64,000 bases of DNA from Octopus sinensis (Eukaryota): contig NC_043015.1 of the NCBI RefSeq assembly GCF_006345805.1, positions 22,444,001 to 22,508,000 of the forward strand, given 5' to 3'. A program made the translations under genes and the position numbers. The notes below the pieces were generated by a model, which was not told where the DNA came from, did no database searches, and was given only the letters and a program-made list of their open reading frames with translations. This document shows, piece by piece, positions 1-12,200 of this stretch (position 1 is its first letter; the number at the start of each line of letters is the position of its first letter).

Positions 1-624
1 GGCGCAGAGACATTCGTTTACATTAAAGTATAGTGTTACTGAACTATGAATATTACAAAAATCTCTCCATAGATGATGTAAATTATTGCTACCAGCTAAA
101 TAAATCCATTCATATATGGATATTGTGCCATTTATACAGCAGAGACTTTTTGTGATAAACATTTTTTTATGAACGTCATAAGTTTTAAGAAACGAAGGCC
201 TAATTAATGTAAAAGTGCGAGATTTGTGGGGTAATTTTACGAATTCCCGATTGGATTGTCAATGTAAACGCCAAGGGAAGGTTAACTGGATTGCAGCAAA
301 TCATGTTTCGAGATTCATGAGTTGAACTTGTAACCAGGATTTTAGCTATTAATGTCATATCCGGATCTATGAAGTATTGGTGAGTTATGTATATCAATGC
401 TAGAGACATCAGTGCTTAGTGAAATTGATGAAAGTCTTCTTGAATTTGTTTCATCGGATTCCATATGCAAATAACAAAAACACCCACGTTTTTATATTCT
501 TTATATTGTCAAAACATTTGGACCTGAACTAGAGGTTTTTTGACGCACAGTATCTGAAAATATTATCTATTTATTACCAATTACCGTCACGTCAAGCTTA
601 TGAGAAACAAATATACATAAAATT

Positions 625-1008
625 TGTGGAGCCGCAATGGCCTAGTGGTTAGGGCAGCGGACTCGCGGTCATAGGATCGCGGTTTCGATTCCCAGACCGG
701 GCGTTGTGAGTGTTTATTGAGCGAAAACACCTAAAAGCTCCACGAGGCTCCGGCAGGGGATGGTGGTGATCCCTGCTGTACTCTTTCACCACAACTTTCT
801 CTCACTCTTACTTCCTGTTGTACCTGTATTTCAAGGGACCGGCCTTGTCACTCTCTGTGTCACGCTGAATATTCCCGAGAACTACGTTAAGGGTGCACGT
901 GTATGTGGAGTGCTCAGCCACTTACACGTTAATTTCACGAGCAGGCTGTTCCGTTGATTCGGATCAACCGGAACTCTCATCATCGTAACCGACGGAGTGC
1001 ATCCATCC
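625..1008 (+). mobile_element. tRNA-derived SINE, family A (tail type 1), full length
   Basis: tRNA-like head with A box (TGGCCTAGTGGTTAG) and B-box-like GGTTTCGATTCCC. Flanked by a 12-bp direct repeat ATACATAAAATT (613-624 and 1009-1020), read as a TSD. The 5' ~190 bp is shared with 10699-11007. Confidence 0.9.
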
Positions 1009-1154
1009 ATACATAAAATTAAAATTTTCTTCAAAACCAGAATTTCTTAAAATTTTAATGGAAAGCAAATGGCAACCTTAAACTTTTATATATAAAATAC
1101 ATCATTATTTCTGACTAAATTTCTATGGATTTGCGTCTGGGTGATTTTCTTTAG

Positions 1155-1402
1155 TTGCTGAACCTCAAGAAGAACACGAACCAACGTTCAGCAATAGTTC
1201 GCCATCATATGCAAGTTCCATCTGCTCTGATACCTTTGTTCCATTAATTTCATATCCTGATGCAAACGCCTCTCCTACTCACCAAATGTGTTCTGGCAAC
1301 AAAATACATGTTGCGTTGTATAATATATTACCTACGACAGATTACCGCTTAATGCTGCAGATTTCTTGCCACTTATTTGCTTATTGCCACACAAATGGTT
1401 GA
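1155..1402 (+). CDS. Candidate (possibly terminal) coding exon of an unidentified gene
   Basis: Acceptor GATTTTCTTTAG at 1154, then 81 open codons (AEPQEEHEPTFSNSSPSYASSICSDTFVPLISYPDANASPTHQMCSG...) to TGA at 1400-1402. AATAAA at 1525-1530. No homology recognised. Confidence 0.3.
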
Positions 1403-1549
1403 CAACCTGTATTGAAAGAAACACGGAATTTACAAATAGCGATAAGTAAGAATTGTTTGCGTGTGTGGTTTGAAAAGGGAAGCGCAAACAGTGTCTATAT
1501 TATAAAACAATGTATATTGCTTCAAATAAAGATGAACTGAACGGCGCTT

Positions 1550-3245
1550 CGATACGTATTGACTCTTGAGCCACTACTGCGGAAGATGGCGACTCTGAGG
1601 AACATCCCGCGAGAATTGGGATGCGGGACGAGCGTGTCTGCATACGCGGACGATGTCACCGTCATAGTGTGAAGCCACGAGCACATCGAGCTGGTCGGCG
1701 AGACATTGAAAGACTACGAAGCGGTGACAGGAGCAAAAATCAACCGGGAAAAGTCAGTGGGCTTGCGGCTCGGCACCTGGAGAAACAAGCCCATGCCGTC
1801 CACCAGTACCTCCGTCGTGGGACGTTGGACAGACGGTCCGGTGGAGTTGTTCGGGGTCTGGTTCGGTCCGGACCTCCAAGTGGAGAAGAACTGCAACGCG
1901 ATAACGAGTAGGGTGGTCACTCTCGCCCGGCAATGGGCCGAGAGGAAACTGTCCCTAAAAGGTCTGGCGGAGGTGGCGAACACGTACATCGCGTCCATCA
2001 TCTACTACCGCCTGACCATCGTACCTTGACCCGACCCTATCATCACCAAACTAGAACGCATTCTCTTCCGCTTCTTGTGGAAAGGATGCATCCCGATGGT
2101 CAGGCGATCCATTTGCTGTCAACACCCGTTAAAAGGAGGGCTGGGCATGCCATGGTTGATGATGCGCAGACACGCGCTAAGACTGCGACATCTCCGGCTC
2201 TATATATACGACGGTGAACAGGTGTGGTCGCCGTTTGTGAGGCACGCGTTCCCGCAGCTCGTCTCCATGACCGAACTGCAGTCGTGGATCAAAAAGAGGC
2301 CGAGGAAGGGCGAATGGCACCGTCCCGGGTCGACCTTGAGTGACTTCAAAACAACCAAAGCATTCTATAGGGGATTAGTGGAGGGTAGGTACGACGACGA
2401 TCTTGGGGCAAACCTCGGCGTCGACGAGGAATGCCTGACCCGCCTGTTTGAATCGACTTTCGGGCCGGGACCTATGGACAACTTCCAGAGATCCCTGGCC
2501 TGGCGGTGCTACCGAGAAGCGCTACCCGTTCGGGATAAGCTCTATAGGCATGGCTTGAGAAACACGGGGACGACATGCGGGCAGAGCGACGAAACCGCTC
2601 TGCACGCAATCGTGCAGTATCCAACAATCTCCGACCTGTGGGCTTATGTCGAACGACTGCTGTCACGTGTGGAAGAGCTATTTTTATCATACTTGTGGCT
2701 ATGGCGAAAGAATGTATCTGGTGGACGCGCCTGAAAGGATTAGAGACAAACACTTTCCTCTCTGGTCAATCTCTCATCAACTTCTTCAAGTATCACTTGA
2801 AGAGGAAAGTGAGAGTAGAGAGGCAAGTTTTGTCTAGTGAATGTTTTGGCACGTATGAATGACGAAGCCACCTTGACTATGATTCTATGAACCGTAAAAA
2901 TTAATACAGAGAGTTGCTTATTTGCAAAAAAAAAAGAAATATAACATGCGACTTCATTGACCGAGGTTACTGTGGTCTTTTCCGTAGGCTTTTCTTTCCA
3001 CTGGTAAACCTCACCTGTCCTCCCCTTTACACTTCATATTGACATTTCTGTGATAACGATCCCTATTGATCATTTTCCCCTCCCCCCTTTTTTATTTTAT
3101 CACCCCCCCTTTTGTATCCTCTTTCTCTCCTTTTACGATCCCTTTTGATCGAAAACCAAACCCCCTATTTTTACCCCCAAAAGAAAAGCTCTACCTTGTA
3201 GTTTGTCCTGTCTGTGTGCAGCCCTGTGTGGCTAATAAAGAAACA
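1550..3245 (+). mobile_element. 5'-truncated, degenerate Tx1/L1-clade LINE (RT C-terminal part, zinc-knuckle region, 3' UTR)
   Basis: YVLTLEPLLRK...VSAYADDVTVIV (RT catalytic YADD), YEAVTGAKINREKS, CGQSDETALHAIVQ. Stops and frameshifts throughout. Pyrimidine-rich 3' UTR ends in AATAAAGAAAC directly before a (TCTA)n tract. Confidence 0.9.
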
Positions 3246-3865
3246 TATCTATCTATCTATCTATCTACACATACATACATAAATGCATACACACATACAT
3301 GCATGCATACACACAGACACATATAATGTGATCAACTATTCACACACATGCAATCGCTATAGACATATGTCTGTGTGTGTATCTATAAATCTGTCGCTCT
3401 GTGTGTTGTCCTTTGCCTAATTAATAGATGATCTTCAAACACATAAGAGAATTACTATTTTTGCTAGAGGTTCAGATATATTTGCAGAATATATAGACTT
3501 TCACGAAATGTTACCTTGGTCACAACGTTTGCAGAGTTCTAACATGTGACTCTATGATCCAGGCCGACTGTCGCTTCACTCAAGATATTTAATTTCGTCT
3601 TAAAATACTTGAGAATTTCACCTGGCTAAATATATTCTCTGTATTATATTATATATCATTTTAAGACGAAATCCACAATATGACACAATTCTCTATACTC
3701 GGTCCATCTGTTGTAACGCTTCCTGTGATATATCTGAGGCGAAAAGGATCGATACATTTCTATTATCTATTATGTTGCCTCGTTTGTTAATAAAATGTAT
3801 GTTTACTATTTCTGTTTAATAGACGTGTATGCAATATAAATTTGTAGATATTTTTATAAGATGTA

Positions 3866-4052
3866 TTTAAAAAGTCTTGTTTCCATATTTAGGAGCATCG
3901 TGGAACTTTTACGGACATGTATGCTATTAGAGTTAATACACGTGTTTCATTATGCCATGTTCAAATTTCTTGATGCAGCATCAAAGATTAATGTGGCGTC
4001 AGATGTAGAGTCCTGTATTGTGGCTCGTGCATCCTCCGGTTCTTCTTAACTC
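3866..4052. repeat. ~185-bp direct repeat; uninterrupted paralogue of 5140-5237 plus 5751-5845
   Basis: Alignable end to end with the second copy once the Helitron is removed (TTTAGGAGCATCG...CAAAGATTAATG...TAACTCT). Confidence 0.85.
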
Positions 4053-5237
4053 TCTCGCTTATATAAAGGAAAACAGAAAATAAAACCAAACAACAGACAC
4101 ATCTCTTTAGTAAGGCGTAGCCTGATAGGTAAGATAATAATAACACCATGATTATAGTTTTCTGCTTACTTCCAACCAATATTTAGGATAAATTCACAGT
4201 GTACTATAACTAACCTTCTCCGTGCGTTAGGAGACGCAATTTCCCAGCGGGACATAAGTATACGTTTTCGCTGTTTGAAATTATAAGCAATAATATCAAT
4301 TTTAGACTTTGTAGATCGTTGTTGTTTAACGGACTGATTTATAATCAAAATAGATTCCTACACTAAACAACCTATTATTGTGTCAGACATAAAGAATCTA
4401 GAAATACATTATCGGATACCTTTAATACTTTTTAAGAAAATATACTGATTTTGTGTTGTTACTGCTTGGCTCAGCAAGTGAAGCCTTCACGAAAATATTA
4501 TTCCCTGGATAACTATCCTTATTAAAACCTGAATCTTTAATCCCTACATATATGATGCATCGAAATTTTCACTTCCAGTAAAACTCCTTGTTACATATAC
4601 TAATTTCGTCCCTATGTTAATAGTAAATGATTAATGGTGCCTCCAAGGTACGCATGTGCTTTACAAAAGCTGTTTCCCCACGTGCTTGTGTGAAGGTTGT
4701 GTGATTCAATAAGGTAATGTCATACAACCATTTTCTAGCAAAGCTTATGGATGGTTTAACTGTATGTTTATTCTGATTCAGTCGAAAAATGTAAAGATAA
4801 GTCACAGATTTCAGTGAGAGGTTGATTTTTGAATCGACTGAAGCTAAGAAGCAGTGTAACAGAATATAACAAGACATATTTTCAAACTTATCAAACTATA
4901 ATTAATGAAATATTTGGGATGTTAGGTTGTCAGAAAACCACACAGCAAACTATTTAATCGCTATGCACACAAAACGACACGTTTTAATCCACTGTGGTGT
5001 AAAATCAGGTGATGTTTTCATATTTCCAGCATTTACATATACCCAACTCGTAAGCAAGTAAAATAGCTATTATTTGTAAAGCAATTATTTGTAAAGTTTT
5101 TGAAGGCGAAAGAATTTTATCTTTTTCAAATATACAACCATTTAAAAAGAGTCTTGTTGTTTACATATTTAGGAGCATCGTAGAACTTTTACGGACAAAT
5201 ATGCTATTAGAGTCAATACATGTATTTCATTAAACCA

Positions 5238-5750
5238 CTAGCAGTATCGCCCGGCGTTGCTCGGGTTTGTAAGGGAAATAACTACATAAGCATTTTTAGA
5301 GAGTTACTTCCCTTATAGATGCCAATTCGGGCTTTCTTAGCCATTTCTGTTTTGGTGTCTTCAAGCCATGAAGTCGTTGTTCTAGAAGAACGCTGGTTTC
5401 CTTGACAACGCTTTACGACGTTGATTTCCTTACACTCCCTTCCCCACAGCTTCACGAGGGAGGAAAGAAGGGGGAGAAGCAAACAGGTGTAGGTGTGACC
5501 ATGGACACCAACTCCGCCGCCATCGACACACGAAAAATTATGCATTAAAATGGAATAAAAAATGATGTTAAATTATTTTTAAAATCGTAGACTCATCGTT
5601 GACGCGCGCTAATACTCAGACGGGCTCGATATGAATCACGACTATAAGATACCCTAATTTGGTTAAACTGCACCGCAAAATGTGGGAATAGTTAGGAATC
5701 TAAATCGAAGGGGACAGACACTCACACAACTACAGTTTTATATATATAGA
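5238..5750 (-). mobile_element. Non-autonomous Helitron, 513 bp
   Basis: On the minus strand it starts 5'-TC and ends CTAG-3', with a GC hairpin (CCCGAGCAACGCCGGG) just before the 3' end. Inserted between A and T with no TSD, as shown by the empty paralogous site at 3866-4052. Confidence 0.9.
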
Positions 5751-6044
5751 TGTTTAGATTTCATGATGCAGTGGCAAAGATTAATGCGGCGTCAGAAGTA
5801 GAGTCGTATATTGTGGTTCGTGCATCCCCCGCGTCTTCCTAACTCTGATGGTGACATCTACACAGCCAGAGAGACATAAGGTCACACAATTAAATTAATC
5901 ATTTAGTTCATTATGAAACTCTCATCCTTCTGCATTGATTGTTCCAGAAATGGTGACGTCTATCAATCGGAGAAGTGTAATTTTGCACTATCAATCATAA
6001 ACCATGTATTCTGGCACAAAGTTGCTTGGTATATGTTTCACTTC

Positions 6045-6221
6045 TTTCAGTCATTTGACCATCTTTAGTCGAGCAAATCGACCCCAGGACTTATTCTTTG
6101 TAAGCCCACCAACATCGGTTGTCAAGCGATGATGGGTGGGGACAGACACAAACATACAGACATGCGTGCACACACAAACATACATACATACACATACACA
6201 CACATACACACACACACATAA

Positions 6222-6265
<44 letters not shown>

Positions 6266-6432
6266 TATATAATATATATATATATATACGACGGGCTTCT
6301 TTCAGTTTCCGTCTACCAAATCCACTCACAAGGCTTTGGTTGACCCGAGGCTATAATAGAAGATACTTGCCCAAGGTGCTACTCGGAACCATGTGTTGTT
6401 TAGCAAGCTTCTTGCCACACAGCCACTACTGC
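6045..6432 (-). mobile_element. tRNA-derived SINE, family B (CORE-like CCTTGGGCAAGT segment, internal expanded microsatellite)
   Basis: Head GTGGCTGTGTGG..., core CCTTGGGCAAGTATCTTC...GGAAACTGAAAGAAGCCCGTCG, internal (TA)n/(TG)n, then tail. Similar copies at 7670, 9205, 15125, 30715, 32430 and 35820. Confidence 0.85.
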
Positions 6433-6494
6433 GCCTATGTACATACGTTTAATAATTAATATTCATATATCAGCCGAGATCGATATTGTCTATC

Positions 6495-6605
6495 AGCCCT
6501 TCAGTGTCGGTCAAATAAGTGCCAGTTGAATACTATGACCAACGTAACTGATTTATCCCTCCCATAGAATTGCTGGCCCTGTGCTACGTTTTGAATCCAA
6601 TAATT
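6495..6605 (+). mobile_element. SINE family C, 3' tail fragment
   Basis: AAATAAGTGCCAGTTGA...GCTGGCCCTGTGC...TTTGAA, similar to 44750-44856 and 57880-57930. Confidence 0.6.
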
Positions 6606-6738
6606 AAAATTAGCTGACTCCCTTGAAGATTTTATTCATCAATATAATTTGGAACACATTGATTTTTCATGGATTTGTAAAGGTGTGTAAAAAATATCAC
6701 GTGTCTAGCATGTGTGTGTTTGTGTGTGTGTGTGGTTG

Positions 6739-6801
<63 letters not shown>

Positions 6802-7408
6802 ATGTGTGCTTGAATCAAATTATATTTAACATATTCTGATGTTTGTAAATATTTTCCATAAATATTGCCATGGTACTTGCCTGCTCCAATTGTTTGAATC
6901 TGTATCGTGATGCTTAGCGTTAATTATTATGAGACTTCAGCTCTTGTCAAAAATAAAAGTTTTAACTTCATAAAAGACGGCAAAGAGGCAAGTAGCAAGA
7001 GAAAGAGAACGTCTGGCGAATTGGTAGCAACAATAGCAACTGAAATGTGGAAGACATAAACCAGTCAGTGAGAAACAGACGAACACTGTCAACTTCAATT
7101 AAACTTTTATCTGCCTCATGGTGTCAGAATTTTCCTCGCTCGAAACTGCGACTTGTTCTCTGATTAAATACGAGTATTTTGTCGCATTTGAACATTCTCA
7201 TTTGAATATTGTAAACAACAAGGCTTTTTAAATGTTTTTTTTTATATTTGACAAAGATAAAAATCTTTCGCCTGCTAAAAGTAAAAGAAAAAGAAAAAAA
7301 TATATCGGTCAGTTATTAGCTGTCATTCGATATCCATCGCCATCACGGCTGCCACACTTACTACGACTGCTGATGCTAACACCTCCACTACTATTACAAA
7401 AATAACAG

Positions 7409-7444
<36 letters not shown>

Positions 7445-7669
7445 TTACTACTATTACTATTACTACTACTACGCAAACATGCCCTGTCAAAGGAACCCCT
7501 CCTTGAAACCTTCAGTGCTCCGACTCACAGTATTCTTTGAAAATAGAGTAAAAGAGGCTTTTCAGCACACGATTTCAGTTCGTGCGCGAACATCTCCATA
7601 ATTTACATATAAATAAAATCACTCTCAGCAATTAATAATGTTTAGAGATTCATGTCACACGGACAACTT

Positions 7670-8163
<494 letters not shown>

Positions 8164-9199
8164 AATTAAGGACTGAACACGAAAAGTGGACAGTCAACAT
8201 GCTAGATGTAGACGTCAAATCGCCATTCTCCACAAAAAGTCTATGTTCTCAGATCAAACTCAACACAAAACCAAAGCAATAAACAAGTGAAAAATATACG
8301 AAATAAATATTTACCCATGTACTAATTTAGTTTCGGCTGTTATTTTCCGCAAGGAAAAGTGCAACTATCATCAGCATGGTCCCATATAAAATGCAATTTG
8401 CTATACTAAATGCCAACACGATACCGAAATATCGCGTGCATGGAGTACGGCGTATTACATTTGAAATATATATTTCAAATGTCTCTACTTTTGGCGCGAT
8501 GAGACCCGGGAAAACTAGCCTGCAAGCTAATAGTTAGCAGCAGTTAATTTATCGGTTAGAGAACAAATATTTATATAAAATTAAATTTAGGGTAAAAATT
8601 GATATTTATCAATTAGAACAAGTCGTCTAGCATATTAAAGAAAGAATCCGAAGATTAAAATATTTATATATACCAATTAAGGACTGAACACGAAAAGTGG
8701 ACAGTCAACATGCTAGATATAGACGTCAAATCGCCATTCTCCACAAAAATTCTATGTTCTCAGATCAAACTCAACACAAAACCAAAGCAATAAACAAGTG
8801 AAAAATATACGAAATAAATATTTACCCATGTACTAATTTAGTTTCGGTTGTTATTTTCTGCAAGGAAAAGTGCAACCATCATCAGCATGGTCCCATATAA
8901 AATGCAATTTGCTATACTAAATGCCAACACGATACCGAAATATGGGTAAATATTTATTTCGTATATTTTTCACTTGTTTATTGCTTTGGTTTTGTGTTGA
9001 GTTTGATCTGAGAACATAGACTTTTTGTGGAGAATGGCGATTTGACGTCTATATCTAGCATGTTGACTGTCCACTTTTCGTGTTCAGTCCTTAATTGGTA
9101 TATATAAATATTTTAATCTTCGGATTCTTTCTTTAATATGCTGGACCACTTGTTCTAATTCATAAATATCAATTTTTACCCTAAATTTAATTTTATATA
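8164..9199. repeat. Complex local duplication: ~270-bp direct repeat (8164-8432 and 8674-8943, period 510 bp) plus ~258-bp inverted repeat (8572-8828 and 8942-9199)
   Basis: Near-identical copies read directly from the sequence, differing by only a few substitutions. Confidence 0.95.
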
Positions 9200-9204
9200 T
9201 ATAT

Positions 9205-9420
9205 ATGTGCGCGTGTGTGTGTATTTGTGTTTGTGTTTGTCTCCCCCCAATTGAGAACCGGTGTCGGTGTGTTAGCGTCATTGTAATTTAGCGGTTCAGC
9301 AAAATTACCAATAGAATGTGTACCAGGCTTTAAACAGATAAGTACTAGGATCGCTTCATTCCACGGAATACTCTTCAAGACGGAATGGCTGCAGTCTGGT
9401 GACTGAAACAACAACAAAAA
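9205..9420 (+). mobile_element. SINE family B, 3' half
   Basis: (TG)n, then GTGTTTGTCTCCCCC...TTAGCGGTTCAGCAAAA...GACTGAAACAAC. Confidence 0.7.
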
Positions 9421-9749
9421 ATAATGATAATGAACGATAAAGGCAATGTATATGTATACACACACGCGCGCGCATATGCATATATTGTGAGCGTGTGGCA
9501 GAGAGAAAGAGAGAAAGAAGGGGAGAGAGTGTTGCAGGGAGGGAGAGATAGCAATTGCTTCTTATAATATATGATTTTAAACTCTCCATTGATGTATACT
9601 TGAACAGATTACATGTCCTCTCACCAGGACAACAATATATATGTAGCTATGAATGTACGGATGTATGTATGCATGTATTCATGTATGTACGTATGTATGT
9701 ATGTGCATATCTATATGTATTTATGCATTTATTATTATGTATACACACG

Positions 9750-9789
<40 letters not shown>

Positions 9790-9887
9790 CATATACATAC
9801 ATACACATACATAAACACTTATACACATGTACATAAATACAAAAACATATATGATGTGTGTGTGTGGTTGTGCGACTGTATTTTTTA

Positions 9888-9922
<35 letters not shown>

Positions 9923-10569
9923 CAATATGAAATTCCACTGTGATAAATAATGTCAATTTGACTAAAATGTCTTACCGAGTTGATGAGTAAATGGAATTTC
10001 GTTAACATATTGAAAAATATCGTTATTTAGAAAAGGAATATACTCTTCGATAAGACTAACAGATATGGAAAGAAATAAAGTATTGCCTTTAGGAGGACCG
10101 TCTTAAAGAGAATTCCTGTTGGGTGTTCGTGGTTTCTACGGCGATATTTAAACTACGTTATTAAATTCGATTGAGAAATGCACGTATCTAGCAATTTCCC
10201 TTGAAGTGATGTTCTTATCATGCAAGTAAGAAGACCCTCATGCGATTGGCTAAGCCTGAGGCTGATCATGACAAATCAAATTCCGTGTTATTAACTTTTT
10301 ACACAATAGTTTGATTTAGTAGTTTAAAGAATTATCGAAGTGAAGGAAGTCATCATTCCATACAAGAACGAACGGTACTCAGACAACTTATCATACAGCG
10401 TTACAATCGTCTAAGTGTCATTACAAAATTACATTCAAAATACGTCCAAGTATATATGCATATAATTACACACACACGCCCCCACACTCATCTACGCAAT
10501 ACATACATCTATCTATCTATCTATTTATCTATCTATCTTTCTATCTATCTGTCTATCTATATATATATT

Positions 10570-10618
<49 letters not shown>

Positions 10619-10698
10619 TTGCATGTAAACATGCATATATATTTATGTACATGTACATACATATATTTATGTATCCATACATATATACATATATATAT

Positions 10699-11007
10699 CA
10701 CGTGATCATGTGACCGACCAGACCATCAGATGTTGCTACACATCGCTGGTCACAATGCGTTCGCATAGTTTTAGCCTTCGAACGACGCCACCCCGCTGGC
10801 TAAGCGAGCAGGCCAACAGAAGAAAGAGTGAGAGAAAGTTGTGGTGAAAGAGTACAGCAGGGATCACCACCATCCCCTGCCGGACCCTCGTGGAGCTTAT
10901 AGGTGTTTTCGCTCAATAAACACTCACAACACCCGGTCTGGGAATCGAAACCGCGATCCTCCGACCGCGAGTCCATGGCCCTAACCACTGGGCCATTGCA
11001 CCTCCAC
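10699..11007 (-). mobile_element. tRNA-derived SINE, family A head and body with a different tail (type 2)
   Basis: 10815-11007 is the reverse complement of ~626-815. The remaining ~115 bp is unrelated to 815-1008. Confidence 0.9.
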
Positions 11008-11269
11008 ATGTATATATATGTGCATATATGTACATATACTTGTGCATATATATATACACACATGCACAAACACACATATATATGTATATGTGTGTGTGTG
11101 TGCGTCTGTGTCAATATACATATTTATATAGAATGGAAGATATTTTTCTCTCGAAGTCATTTCTGCAGTGTTTGTCATTCAAGGTTCGAGTGATTCTACA
11201 TAGTATATTTCATTCAATGCTACTTATAGCGCTTCCACTATAATGTAATTCTTTTAATCTCTCACCGGT

Positions 11270-11765
11270 TTCAATCAAAAGCTGGAGCCATGCTGGAGCA
11301 ATGCTGGAGCACCGCTTTTCAGTGTTTTTCCGGGATTCTTTTCTGTACAGTTTTTGTGAAGAAGTGAGTTGGGTTCAGTTGCTCTTCATTGTGCCTCCTG
11401 TTGCGACGCGGTTTCATCTGGTGCTTCAGAGGGAAATTTTTCAGGTTACTTTTTCAATGGTTCCACAACTACACCCTGCAGATATACTGGGTTCCTTGGC
11501 AGGATGCTATACCGGTGTGGTCCCCTGAAACCTAAGCAGTTGCAATACTGCATTCTTATCTATGTAAAAGACAGGAACTTTGGTACTATACAGTGCCGTC
11601 CACTTCTGCGGTTGGTATAGGATTTTCTATATGTATATCACTGCATACATTTCTCACCTGCTCTTCAGGTAGTAGAGTTTCAGTTTTTAAAGCCTATCCC
11701 AATAGCTCATCTGTTTCACCAAGTCAATCTTCCTTGTTTAGATGCCGGAAGTTCGCCGCCAATTT
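11270..11765 (-). mobile_element. Old 3' fragment of a CR1-type LINE (same family as 58760-60202)
   Basis: Minus strand gives SYWDRLxKLKLYYLKSR...YAVIYI, matching SY*EILKRLRLYSLERRRERYAIIYIWKIL. Later motifs (CIVPK, LGFRGP, PDE) and the GCCATGCTGGAGCACCGC tail also align. Confidence 0.75.
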
Positions 11766-11973
11766 GGCACATAGTGACGACCACATTTAGGAGCAGTAAT
11801 ATGATAAGATGAACACCATTCCTCTATGCGATCGGCTTGAAAAATTGTTAAGATAGTAAGATATTTTTCTTAACATAAAACCAATGATAGACTTAATACG
11901 CAAATAAAGTGTTATGGCCACCAATGCGGTGTTGAGTACTCATTTTCTTTGTTTTACATTTATGTATATATAG

Positions 11974-11974
<1 letters not shown>

Positions 11975-12012
<38 letters not shown>

Positions 12013-12048
12013 AGTGTGTATGTGTGTGTATGTATGTATGTATGCATG

Positions 12049-12082
<34 letters not shown>

Positions 12083-12100
12083 TGTATGTATGTATGTATG

Positions 12101-12196
<96 letters not shown>

Positions 12197-12200
12197 ATGA
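11975..12200. repeat. Compound microsatellite (TG)n(TATG)n(TA)n
   Basis: Direct reading. It is the source of several spurious ORFs. Confidence 0.98.

Noticed and set aside
1-258. ~86-codon open frame on the minus strand, and the overlapping 200-409 ORF
   Set aside because: No recognisable domain or convincing splice sites; frames of this length occur by chance in 64 kb.
626-700. tRNA gene (also 10930-11007)
   Set aside because: A/B boxes are present but continue into a SINE body, and one copy has a TSD. These are SINE heads, not tRNAs.
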